A DNA stretch of 64,000 nt from Balanoglossus misakiensis (taxonomy: Eukaryota > Animalia > Hemichordata), in assembly GCA_040954595.2 (NCBI GenBank), contig CM082576.2, positions 12,403,129-12,467,128 of the forward strand. Reading direction: 5' to 3'. Below the pieces are notes generated by a model. The model did not search any database and was not told where the DNA came from. It saw only the letters and a program-made list of their open reading frames with translations. The first letter of the stretch is position 1, and every line of letters starts with the position of its first letter. A program made the translations under genes and the position numbers. This document shows positions 12,427 through 24,217 of this stretch, one piece after another.

Positions 12427-15387
12427 ATGGTTTACATGACATTACTTGGGTGGTTTGTTGCCGTAGTCTGTGTTCTTGTACTAGTTGCCATCCTCATATC
12501 AGATACTGATCTGACGACGAAATTTTATGAACGCTTTGGAGTTCAGAATGGAGGTAAGAATTTTTGTTTAATAAATTATTTTTGCACTTCATGTGGAGTC
12601 GTTTTTGTCCCAAACAGCTAATACATCGATGTGATATAGAGTAATGGATACTGTAAAATGCTGCATTAATGAAACACAATGAAAATACTCAATTTTAACA
12701 GAAAACCTCAGAAATAAAGTGGTATGGATAACTGGAGCATCTAGTGGCATTGGGGAAGAATTAGCCTATCAGTTGTGTGCTATAGGCTCTAAACTCATCC
12801 TGTCAGCAAGACGGAAAAGTGAACTGGAACGAGTGAAGTCGGTATGTCTGGAAAGAGGCGTGGTCAAAGAGGATGATATCATGGTATTGCCGCTTGATTT
12901 GTGTGTCTTTGATAGTCACACAACAGCTGCTCAGAGAGTGTTGGAAAAATTTGGCCAGGTGAGAACAGGGAATGAGAAGACTTTGATTCCAAAGTGGGAA
13001 TCATTGGTGAACGGAACAGCAATGAATTGCCATTCAGATAAAATCGTGACAAGGTAGAAGTGAGAAGAAATACCTATCAGGACAGTTGTTTAAACATCCA
13101 AAGATTTCCGAGCTAAAATTTATATCAGTCCCAGCGCAATGTACTAAATGCCCAATGGATGTTTGTGTTTGAAAATGCAGGAAACGCTAGGAATTTATAT
13201 CTTGATCATAGTAATTAAACTTGGCTACTCATGATACCAATCTGAACAAACTCCCATCATATATGGTAGTCTTATATCAGTCATGATTGACTGAGAAACA
13301 TTGGTAATATGGTTGATGACAATTCTCATCTTCTGTCTCTTTATTTGTTATTTCAGATTGACATTCTGGTGAACAACGCTGGTCGCTCTCAGCGTGCCTA
13401 TGCACTGGACACATCACTGGATGTGGACAGGGAATGTCTGCGATTGAATGTGATTGGTACGGTGTCCTTAACCAAGGCAGTGCTCCCTCACATGGTGGAG
13501 AGAAAATCTGGCCACATTGTGGTCGTCAGCAGTATTGCTGGCAAACTGGCAGCTCCATTGCAAAGTGCATATAGCGCAGCGAAAGGTGCATTGCAGGTAT
13601 AAGCCATGTTCCTTGAATTTCTTCACTTCGTTAAATTGGTTTTACAGACAAATTAGAAATGCAATATATGAATAATTTGAAATAATAATGAATTTGATTT
13701 TTATTTATTTTGAATGTCATTGTGTCATATTCAAAGTCACGAAAGATTTCATGGACTACAGTGATTCTGTGCCATAACAAACGAAACCACATATTCTGAT
13801 GAAGCTGAATAGACTGTATATAAACAAATGTGCAGATATAGTGAAAATGATCATAGTCTGATCTTTGACTTCAGGTGAATTTTCAAGTCGAATGTAGAGA
13901 ATTTGATACTCAAAATGTTTGAAGGCTTGAGCGTGTGAAGGAAATTGACTACACATTTCTTCCTTAACTCCTAACTCCTTCAAAATGTCTTTCTATTTCC
14001 TGCAGATGTATTTTGATGTCCTTAGGAGTGAAGTTTATGATGAGAATGTTACTATAACAACAGTATACCCAGGTCCTGTGGTGTCCAAAATTGTTGAAAA
14101 TGCCTTAACAGGAAACATTGAGAAGGTATCTGAATTCCTGGTCTTTTATAACTCTACTTTTATACTATCATAACATTTTTTTCATGTGTGTTTGTGAAGT
14201 CTCCTATCCACAAAGTTTAGTTTAATGTTGCACTTTGGAAACAGTAGGTAACAGACGGGTCTGTAACTATAATAATTTGCTCAAATATCATAGAATTTGG
14301 CACCTAGCATTTCTAGGGGAAAATCTAGATATGATTTTGGTGGGGGTGGTTTGCATAACTCAGAACAATTTACATGATTATTTCTTGATGTAGATAATAT
14401 AGACAATGCTTCTCTTAATTAAATTAATGTCACTGGAATTTCTGTGCATGCAATTTTTACAGGCACAACAATGGTACAGTTGTACATACATGTATACTGT
14501 TTTTTTTCATTTCATGCTTTCAGAGTACCAAAGATGTAGGCATTGATGCTGCAATGCAGTATAGCAACAGAATGTCAACAGCTAGATGTGCCCAGATCAT
14601 CGTCAACTCCATGGCAAATAAGTTGGAGGAAGTTTGGTGCTCCAACAATCCTGCCCTAGTGTCTGCGTATATTGGACAATACATGCCCACACTGGCAAAG
14701 TAAGTGCCGCATATTTTCTGCACGGAGTTTTGTTTCAAATGCGAGTCCGACATTAGGCGAGTTAAACTTCTCTTCATTGTACTTGAACTCAATTTCAACC
14801 CAATTCTGATAGACTGACAAATCTATAACTTTCCCAGATTAATACTTAGAAAAATAATGTTCATAATTCATATCCTGTTCTTCTCAAGAAATAATAAGCT
14901 CATAAATCTTGTCAATATTATACTTTTTCTATGTACGACTATTATCTTCATGGAATATGTTGTTCCAAAGATTACAGCGACAAGTTTTTACAACAGTAGT
15001 GGTTTCCTTCTATGTATTTCCCATGTTTTTTTTTTACTTCTTCCCTGAGTGTTCATTCATGTCAACTCTGTTTCAGGTTTTTGCTGAAGTTCTATGCAAG
15101 AAAGCGTATTAAGGCTTTGAAGAGAGATACGGTAATTACATTTTTATTGGAGATGTTACATTTAATTTTCTAGCCTTAATTAACGTGCAGGCAAACTTTT
15201 TATATGCAGTGCCTGGTTTCATTTTTGTCCCATTGCCACTCACAAATCAGTCATAAAAACACAATTTGGAAAGTGTCTTGATTTTGGAATCATGGGTATA
15301 GAAATGTCCAGGGCAACAAGTTAAGACAAACATACTTAAGTCATTTTTTGTTCTCTTGACTTTCAGTCTACGAAGAAAACCAATTAA
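12427..15387 (+). CDS. DHRS7: Dehydrogenase/reductase SDR family member 7, copy a (331 aa)
   Basis: Exons 12427-12553, 12702-12958, 13357-13596, 14006-14125, 14524-14699, 15077-15131, 15367-15387, all in phase. N-terminal membrane anchor, VWITGASSGIG, LSARR (NADP-type), NNAGRSQR, DTSLDVDR, catalytic S..YSAAK, C-terminal KKTN ER-retrieval motif. AATAAA at 15649. Confidence 0.93.
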
Positions 15388-16115
15388 GGATGTACCTAGC
15401 TGCACCATGACATGCTTTGCTGTCAACCAAATTGGACTATTGAATTGCTCTACTCTTTGGACTTTCCGACGACTCCATCAACATTTTAATACAAACTTTG
15501 ACAATTAACAAAAGAGAATCGAAATTAAAAGAATGAAATATTTCATCCATCCACAGTTTGCCATTTTTCAATGCTAAATGTGTATATGCATATAAAAAGA
15601 CATTGATTTTTTATACTGAGGTCACTTTCCTCTTATTCTTAATGAATGAATAAATGAAATATAAAATCAAAGTACCCGGTATATCTCTGAATTTCACTAA
15701 GTTTGAAATTTTATGTATGATACCATGATAACAGAAAACACTTTAGTTGAACCATATTACTAAATTTTTGCTAAATTTGTGACATCCTCTGTGTATTCAT
15801 TTGCCAATTGATGTCATTAACAGTATTACTGACACTTTTATATGAATTAAAGAAATTGAACACAGATTGAGAACGTCTGTCCATTTCTGACCAATTTGTA
15901 AATTTCAAGTGCCAGTTTCTGAACCGAGAATTCTATCAAAGTGGTATAAACAGCGCTCTCAGTGTTCAAAATAACAATCTTGCTTTTCTTTATTTCTTTA
16001 TTTTCCAAATTAAAAAATCCACTACTTTTACAAAAGGCGATAGTACTGTATATGCAATAGCTGTTTCCATTAAATTTCTGCGAATGTTGAGCCAGACTGT
16101 TACCATGGTAACAGA

Positions 16116-18788
16116 TTAATTAGTTTTCTTCTGTGGCTGTAAAAGACAGAAGTAGCAGAAGTTGAAAATGTATCCAATAAATTATTAACAATTTCTGACA
16201 TGTTTGAAAAACTCCATGCAACTGACAGAGCACAAGAGTCAATATAACACTAATTCTATATGTGCTACTGTCACCAAGCCTGTCTTCAGTCATTTGTAAT
16301 ATCATTGAATATCAATCAATATCACAGAAAATACAAATAATTACCCGGTATTTCCGAACAACCTTGATGCGCTGTCTTCCATAGAATTTTGCAAAGAACC
16401 TAAAGAATAGATAATAAGTCATGGACGGTAGTTAATCAGACTGAGAGGAAATGTGAACGTTGTCAATAGTTACAAAACTGTTAAAATTGGTAATGGCTAA
16501 AAGCTGACCATTTAGAAACAAGTTGTACAAAGTGACTGTGGTATTACAGATACATTATAAGGTGCAAGTTCACTGCAACACATTTGCAAATAATAAAATA
16601 TCAGTTTCACTTATGTTAGGTGGACTTACTTGCAAATTGTGGGCATGTACTGCCCGCAGTAAGCGAAAAGTAAGTAAGGATTCCTCGAACACCAGACTTC
16701 CTCTAACTTATTGGCTATGGAGTTAACAATTATCTGACCACATCGCCCAGTCGTCATTCTGTTCCCATAATGCACCTCTGGGTCATCCTGTAAAATGTCG
16801 TCGTCTGTCTGAAATAGAACAGATAACATTTTGCATATTACAAATTGAACAAACTTTACTAAGGTTAACCCCTGGGAACCTGTATACCAAATTTCAAAGT
16901 AATTGGACCAGTGATTTCACAGAAGAAGACATTAGTGTTGACAGACGAAAATTGCCCTATCTGTACAGCTCGTTGTCGCTGACAGCTAGAACCCATGCAA
17001 CTACCGGTACATAGTGCGCTCGGCTAATGTAGTTTCATTTCAAATGGACAGATTAATTGCTTGACATGCAGAGAGATGTTGAGACAGACAGGGAAAAAGA
17101 TGTTGATATTTACCCTCTCGATGGTAGTTGTCATTGAATTGTCTCGTACTTTAGACTCTACAGGACCAGGACAAATTGTTGTCATGGTGATTTTCTCGTC
17201 ATATAGTTCTGTTCTTAGAGCATCAAAATAGCCCTTGGTAGATAGATACACAAGATAAAAGACAATGTCAAATATTTAAAATATACAAGCGTGATAGTAA
17301 GCTTTGCATAATTTCTTTCCATTGTTATGCTGGTTAAAATTATAAAAATCTGACAAGACAACTGCGAACAAAAATTAAAGTTTCTATATCTCTGATCATT
17401 GCGCAATATGGCAGGGTAAATCTGGAACCTGCAGTTATTTCAGAGAAAGATTGAGGAAAAAAATCGACACACACCTGCAATGCAAACTTAGACGCAGAAT
17501 AAGAAGCCTGTAGTGGAGCACCCAGTTTGCCAGCAATACTGCTGACGACCACAATGTGGCCAGATTTTCTCTCCACCATGTGAGGGAGCACTGCCTTGGT
17601 TAAGGACACTGTACCAATCACATTCAATCTCAGGCATTCCCTGTCCACATCCAGTGATGTGTCCAGTGCATAGGCACGCTGAGAGCGTCCGGCATTGTTC
17701 ACCAGAATGTCAATCTGAAATAACAAATGAGGTGATAGAGACAATGAGAATTGTCATCAGAAACAAGGGCCATTGTCATTCAACAACACAAAAAAGTTCT
17801 CAGTCAATCATGAGTCAATCATGACTGATACATTCTTCGTTAAGCTATTCAAGCAAGATAGTCTAAGAGTTATGATCGATATGATAGGATTTTGTACAGA
17901 CTGCATGGTATCATGAGTGGCGCAGTTTATTTGCTATGATCAGGATAAAAATTACTTGGTGTTTCCTGTATTTTCAAATACACTTAACATCACACATGTG
18001 ATCAAGATTATCATTGTAATTCAAAAATCCATTGGGCATTTAGTACATGTGTTGGGACTGGTATAGGTAGATGCCTTTTAGTTTAAACATAAATTTAGAC
18101 TTGAAATCTTTGGATGCTCAAATAACTCTCCTGATGGCTTGTTCTTCTCTCTTCTACCCTCCACCAGGATTTAATCAGAATGGCAATTCATTGAAGTTCT
18201 GTTCACCTGTGCACGATTCCCACTTTGGAATCACAGACTCCTTCAATGTTCTCACCTGGCCAAATTTTTCCAACACTCTCTGAGCAGCTGTTGTGTGACT
18301 ATCAAAGACACACAAATCAAGCGGCAATACCATGATATCATCCTCTTTGACCACGCCTCTTTCCAGACATACCGACTTCACTCGTTCCAGTTCACTTTTC
18401 CGTCTTGCTGACAGGATGAGTTTAGAGCCTATAGCACACAACTGATAGGCCAATTCTTCCCCAATGCCGCTAGATGCTCCAGTTATCCATATCACTTTAT
18501 TTCTGAGGTTTTCTGTTAAAATTGAGTATTTTTTATTGTGTTTCATTAATGCAGCATTATACGGAATCCATGACTCTATATCACATCGATGTATTAGCTG
18601 TTTAAGACAAAAACGACTCCACATGAAGTGCAAAAATAAATTATTAAACAAAAATTCTTACCTCCATTCTGAACTCCAAAGCGTTCATAAAATCTCGTCG
18701 TCAGATCAGTATCTGATATGAGGATGGCAACTACTACAAGGATGAGGACTATGGCAACAAACCAACCAAGTATGGCCATGCAAACCAT
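16116..18788 (-). CDS. DHRS7: Dehydrogenase/reductase SDR family member 7, copy b (332 aa)
   Basis: Exons 18788-18662, 18512-18256, 17714-17475, 17233-17114, 16808-16630, 16399-16345, 16136-16116. Motifs TGASSGIG, NNAGRSQR, YSASK. Ends PQKKTN*. Confidence 0.93.
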
Positions 18789-18918
18789 GATTCCTGCAAA
18801 ATTATATCATATTTCCTGATAGGAACAGATTTGGCTACAATTGCATTTATTTACATATAGTCATGTCAACTTCTGCCAAAATATTACAAGTATCTTTTCT
18901 GTTTGACCATACTGAGAT

Positions 18919-18961
18919 TTGTTAGGGACCCAAGCGCCCTCAGGCGCTTGGTCCCTAACAA
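18919..18961. repeat. GC-rich hairpin, probably a Helitron/HINE-like element end, present only in the DHRS7-b 5'UTR intron
   Basis: TTGTTAGGGACCCAAGCGCC-ctca-GGCGCTTGGTCCCTAACAA. Absent at the corresponding position in unit B (about 23280). Confidence 0.5.
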
Positions 18962-19433
18962 GATCAAATTGTTTTGTCACACTTCTGCAGCTCTGCTGAA
19001 ATGTTTGATTGCCCCCCCCCCCCCCCCCGACCTGGTTATCAAATATTAACTGAGATGAAGATAATATTATGGACATTAGCCATTAGCCAGGCAGGTGGAC
19101 TTTGGTCTGTGCGACGGGCATGGTGGTAGCAGAATTAATATCAAGACAATTACACTGAGAATATAGGTAGTATCTGTTTTGTAAACTTGTATGAATTGTC
19201 ACTTGAACATGTTGAATTGTCCTGAAATTGTATCATTAATTACTTCGTCACCTTTACTTTTATACCACTCTTCAAATCGTAGCATGTGACGCACGTATAA
19301 ATTTTAACAGCAACAACATAGACCCTGGGTCTATGGTACATACAGTGCTAAAGTTTCAGTAATTTCCCGGGAGTATAGTTGAAGCACGGGGTGAAATGCT
19401 TGGAAGTGCGCCCAATACTGTTAACATACTCAC

Positions 19434-19560
19434 TTCTTTGTAAAAATCGTAGTTCCTCAAATAGGAGCTTCCCAGCTTTTAGTTCTAAAATGCCGGTCCG
19501 TCGAAGTCAACTTGAATGTACTCCAAAGGTCACAAGTTCAGGTCAGGTCACTGATAAGGG
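19434..19560 (-). promoter_or_regulatory. Putative non-coding first exon and promoter of DHRS7-b
   Basis: Minus-strand donor GAA|GTGAGT at 19434/19433. AGGTCA-ca-AGTTCA-ggtc-AGGTCA cluster at 19527-19550 plus CTGATAAG. The block is conserved at 24218-24360. Confidence 0.6.
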
Positions 19561-20468
19561 AGCGTTCGTTCAATGAGTGGGTGGGTGGGCCAGAAAATGC
19601 TGAGCAGATTAATTTTGGGCGAAATAATGTTTAGCTTTTTGAGAAGTATTTATGTTTAATATATAGATTGTGATTAAAAATTTATGATTATGATTTTTTG
19701 TGGGGGTGGGGGGTTCCCTTCTTTTCTGAACATTTTGGCCATTCTGCCATTGAGGGATTGGACAAGTATTAATGGGCAAATTTCCCGGGCTCTATGTATA
19801 CAGTAATTTGGGTATTACTGCATGAGGAGGGTATTGACTGCAACAATCAGCCTGTGTAGAAGTACGCAAAGAATTTCTGTCCATTTCTGACCAGTGTGTA
19901 AATTTTCAGTCCCAGTTTTTGTAGTGAAGGCTAAACCAAGAATTCTGTCAAGTGGTATAAACAGCGCTCTCAGTGTCCAAAGTGTAGTAATCTTCTTCTT
20001 TTTTTTGGAGGGGGGGGGGAATGAGGGTCACTTGTTCTCAAGAAACGAATGTTTTTAAAACTACCATTTTAATTGTATATCTGTCTGACAACATCTTGAA
20101 CAGATTCAAAATGGCAAGAATTGACGAATCCATCTGCTACAGATACCAGTCCCACAAGGTTACGAATACCGGTTGTCATTTTCAGCCTATTTGCATATTT
20201 AATTAAATGAATTGAACCGACAATAGTGTATTTCTCCAAAGTGTCCTGGAAATTGGTAACAGATTGTTGTAACCATCTCAAAAGGGCCTACATCATTCGA
20301 GTCCTCCAAAGAACATAGACACCATTTACGTACTGTTTAATCAATCTTGCTTTTCAAAATTAAAAAAAAAAACATTTCTTTTACAAAAGGTGACAGTACT
20401 GTATATGCAATGGCTGTTTCCATTATATTTCAGCTAATGTTGAGCCAGACTGTAACCATGGTAACAGA

Positions 20469-23104
20469 TTAATTAGTTTTCTTCTGTGGCTGTAAAAGAC
20501 AGAAGTAGCAGAAGTTGAAAATGTATCCAATAAATTATTCAACATTTTCTGGTTTACGTTTGAAAACCTCCATGCAACTGACAGAGCACAAGAGTCAATA
20601 TAACACTGTAATTCTATATGTGCTACTGTCACCAAGCCTGTCTTCAGTCATTTGCAATATCATTGAATATCAATCAATATCACAGAAAATACAAAAAATT
20701 ACCCTGTTTTTCTGAACAACCTTGATGCGCTGTCTTCCATAGAATTTTGAAAAGAACCTAGAGAAAAAATAAGAAATCATGGACAGTATAGTCAGAGTGG
20801 GAGGAAATAGACACTGTCAATAGTTACAAAACTGGTAAATGGCAAGTGATTGGTAATGCATTTATAAACAATTTGTACAAGGTACCGGGTATATGCCAAT
20901 TGGATACAAAGTGGTATTACATGGACATTATGAGGGGTAAGTTCATGGCAACACATTTGCAAATAATAAAATATCAGTTTAACTTATGTTAGGTGGACTA
21001 ACTTGCACATTGTGGGTGTGTACTGCCCGCAGTAAGTGAAAAGTAAGTAAGGATTCCTCGAACACCAGACTTCCTCTAACTTATTGGCTATGGAGTTAAC
21101 AATTATCTGACCACATCGCCCAGTCGTCAATCTGTTCCCATAACGCATCTCTGGGTCATCCGGTAAAATGTCGTCTGTCTGAAGTAGAACAGAAAATGCA
21201 CAATGTTTTGTACACTACAATTTGAACAAATTTTACTTAGGTCACATGCACCTATATAGTCTAGAATCTATCCGTTCGTAGTCGCATTCACCCTACTACC
21301 GGGTGAATGCGACTACGAACGGATAGATTCTAGACTAGCACCTATAGGAACCTGGATACCAAATTTCAAAGTGATCGGAGCGGGCTAATGATCAATGTTC
21401 AGGTGGATAGCAAAAAGTTTCAAATTGACAGATAATGCCTGACAGGCTGACAGATGTTGAGAAAGACATGAAAAAATAGACATACCCTATCGATGGTAGT
21501 TGTCATTGAATCATCTTGTACTTCTTTAGACTCCACAGGACCAGGACAAATTGTTGTCACGGTGATTTTCTCGTCATATAGTTCTGTTCTTAGAGCATCA
21601 AAATAGCCCTTGATAGATAGATACACAAGATAAAACACATGTCAAATATTTAAAATATACAAGATGAATCAGTTTCAAAATGCAGTATGAAGTTTTTCAT
21701 AAATTAATTCTTTCAATAATTGCTATGCTGGTATAAAAATAGGGAAAAATAAAAATCTGACAGTTGAGACAAATTTAAGTTTCTACATTTATGATCATGT
21801 GCAATATGGCAGAGTAAATCTGGAACCTCCACAGTTATTTCAGAGAAAGGTTTTAAGGAAAAAGATCGACACATGCACACCTGCAGTGCAAACTTGGAGG
21901 CAGAATAAGATGTCTGTAGTGGAGCACCCAGTTTGCCAGCAATACTGCTGATGACCACAATGTGGCCAGATTTTCTTTCCACCATGTGAGGGAGTACTGC
22001 CTTGGTTAAGGACACCGTACCAATCACATTCAATCTCAGGCATTCCCTGTCCACATCCAGTGATGTGTCCAGAGCATGGGCATACTGAACACAACCAGCG
22101 TTGTTTACAAGAATGTCAATCTGAAATAAAAAATAAAGAGACAGAAGATGAGACTTGTCATCAACAATTTACCAAAGTTTCTCAGTCAATCATGACTGAT
22201 ATACTCTTTTTAATGAGCAGGACTATCATATATGATGGGATTGCATACAGATTCATTGGTATCATGAGTAGCTGAGTTTTATTGCTATGATCAAGATATA
22301 AATTCCTAGCGTTTCCTGCATTTTCAAATGCACTAAAAAGCCAAGATATCAATTAACACAAACATCCATTGGGCATTTAGTACATTGCACTGGGACTGAT
22401 ATAAATTCTAGCTCGGAAATCTTTGGATTGTTTAAACAACTGTCCTGTTATATACTATTTCTGCTTGCTTCTACCCTGGTCAGGATTTTATCTGAATGGC
22501 AATTCATTGCTGTTCCATTCACCAATGATTCCCACTTTGGAATCACAGCCCTCTCATTCCCTGTTCTCACCTGGCCGAACTTTTCCAACACTCTCTGAGC
22601 AGCTGTTGTGTGACTATCAAAGACACACAAATCAAGCGGCAATACCATGATGTCATCCTCTTTGACCACGCCTCTTTCCAGACATACCGACTTCACTCGT
22701 TCCAATTCTCTTTTCCGTCTTGCTGACAGGATGAGTTTAGAGCCTATAGCACACAACTGATAGGCTAATTCTTCCCCAATGCCGCTAGATGCTCCAGTTA
22801 TCCATACCACTTTATTTCTGAGGTTTTCTGTTAAAATTGAGTATTTTTATTGTGTTTCATTAATGCAGCATTATACGGTATATCCATTACTCTATATCAC
22901 ATCAATGTACTAGCTGTTTGGGACAACAACGACTCCACATGAAGTGCAAAAATAAATTATTAAACAAAAATTCTTACCTCCATTCTGAACTCCAAAGCGT
23001 TCATAAAATCTCGTCGTCAGATCAGTATCTGATATGAGGATGGCAACTACTACAAGGATGAGGACTATGGCAACAAACCAACCAAGTATGGCCATGCAAA
23101 CCAT
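20469..23104 (-). CDS. DHRS7: Dehydrogenase/reductase SDR family member 7, copy c (332 aa)
   Basis: Exons 23104-22978, 22827-22571, 22120-21881, 21608-21486, 21178-21003, 20757-20703, 20489-20469. The frame is intact. Motifs TGASSGIG, NNAGCVQYAH (divergent), YSASK. Ends PQKKTN*. Confidence 0.92.
21257..21337. mobile_element. 81-bp perfect foldback MITE with 9-bp target-site duplication
   Basis: 37-bp perfect arms TAGTCTAGAATCTATCCGTTCGTAGTCGCATTCACCC (21257-21293 and 21301-21337), a 7-nt loop, and GCACCTATA on both sides (21248-21256, 21338-21346). Confidence 0.9.
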
Positions 23105-23702
23105 GATTCCTGCAAAATTATTCATCAATGCATGTAGTGGCTTTATTCATTTCTTGATAGCAACAGGTTTGGCAATTCACCACTTGCTTGATACAATTGC
23201 ATTTATTTACATAAGTCATGTCAACTTCTGCCAAAATATTACAAGTATCTTTTCTGTTTGACCATGCATACTGAGATTTGTTTATTTGGTTATTGTTGTT
23301 GTGTGTTTTTTTTTGTTTTTTTTTGCTTTCAGGTTGATAATGGTGGCTACTTGCATATGTACAAACGATATACATGTATACAAACGACAATCCAACAACC
23401 AAGAAAGATATAAAAGTTAAGGATAGTCTCTGTATAAACAGTCAACGTCGTGAGTCTTCGGGCTCAGGTGTTGTTCTGGCGTGGCGGGACCTTGCTTTCA
23501 TCCGGGGCCAATGCACGGATTCCCATTGTAGACCTCCAAGGTCACAGGCCTTTTTAATATATGCATTGGGGGTGTCAGACCCCCTGATACCACACATAGA
23601 CCCTGGGTCTATGGTACAAACAGTGCTTAAAGTTACAGTAATTTCCCGGGAGTAATTTGAAGCACGGGGTGAAATGCTCGGGAGTGCGCCCAATACTGTT
23701 AA

Positions 23703-24175
23703 AGGCCCTTCTCAACAGTGGGTCAAATCTTTCGTTTCCATCAAACAGTTACGTGCTAACACAAAGGATTTCTTATTTGCCTTCAAGGGACAAAGACTCT
23801 CTCTCGCTGCCCTTTTCCCATTATGTTTGATACAATACACCAGTTTATGTTAATGAACATGTAGACATATAGTGAATCAATGCTCATAAATGCAACCACA
23901 CACACCTTCCATCCCGCTTGTAGACATGAGAGTGAAAAACTCACCAAAATGAATTATCGGTCTTTACCATTTATTCATTTTGGGCGAGTTTTTACTCTGA
24001 TATCCTACAAACAGGATGGAAGTTGTGTGTGGTCGAACGGTCATTTATTATATATCCACATGTAGAATAAAATAAACGGTGTCTTGTATCAAACATAATT
24101 AAATGGAAAAGGGCAGTATTAAAGAGAGAGTCTTGTCCCTTTCATTGTTCTGCCCTGGGATCGAGAAAATGGCCT
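23703..24175. mobile_element. Palindromic non-autonomous DNA transposon with TTAA TSD (Kolobok-like)
   Basis: TTAA-AGGCCCTTCTC...GAGAAAATGGCCT-TTAA with a long internal imperfect inverted repeat. The paralogous empty site CTGTTAACATAC is at 19418-19429. Confidence 0.82.
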
Positions 24176-24217
24176 TTAACATACCCTGGAGGTACTTTAC
24201 TCCATGAACATACTCAC

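Noticed and set aside
16099-16112. Perfect X-box GTTACCATGGTAAC just after the DHRS7-b stop codon
   Set aside because: It lies in the 3'UTR and is already altered in the paralog (GTAACCATGGTAAC); no support for function.
20469-23104. DHRS7-c as a pseudogene (fragmented ORFs in the track, GTTAGT donor)
   Set aside because: All seven exons join in frame with GT-AG sites, and the catalytic residues and KKTN terminus are intact.
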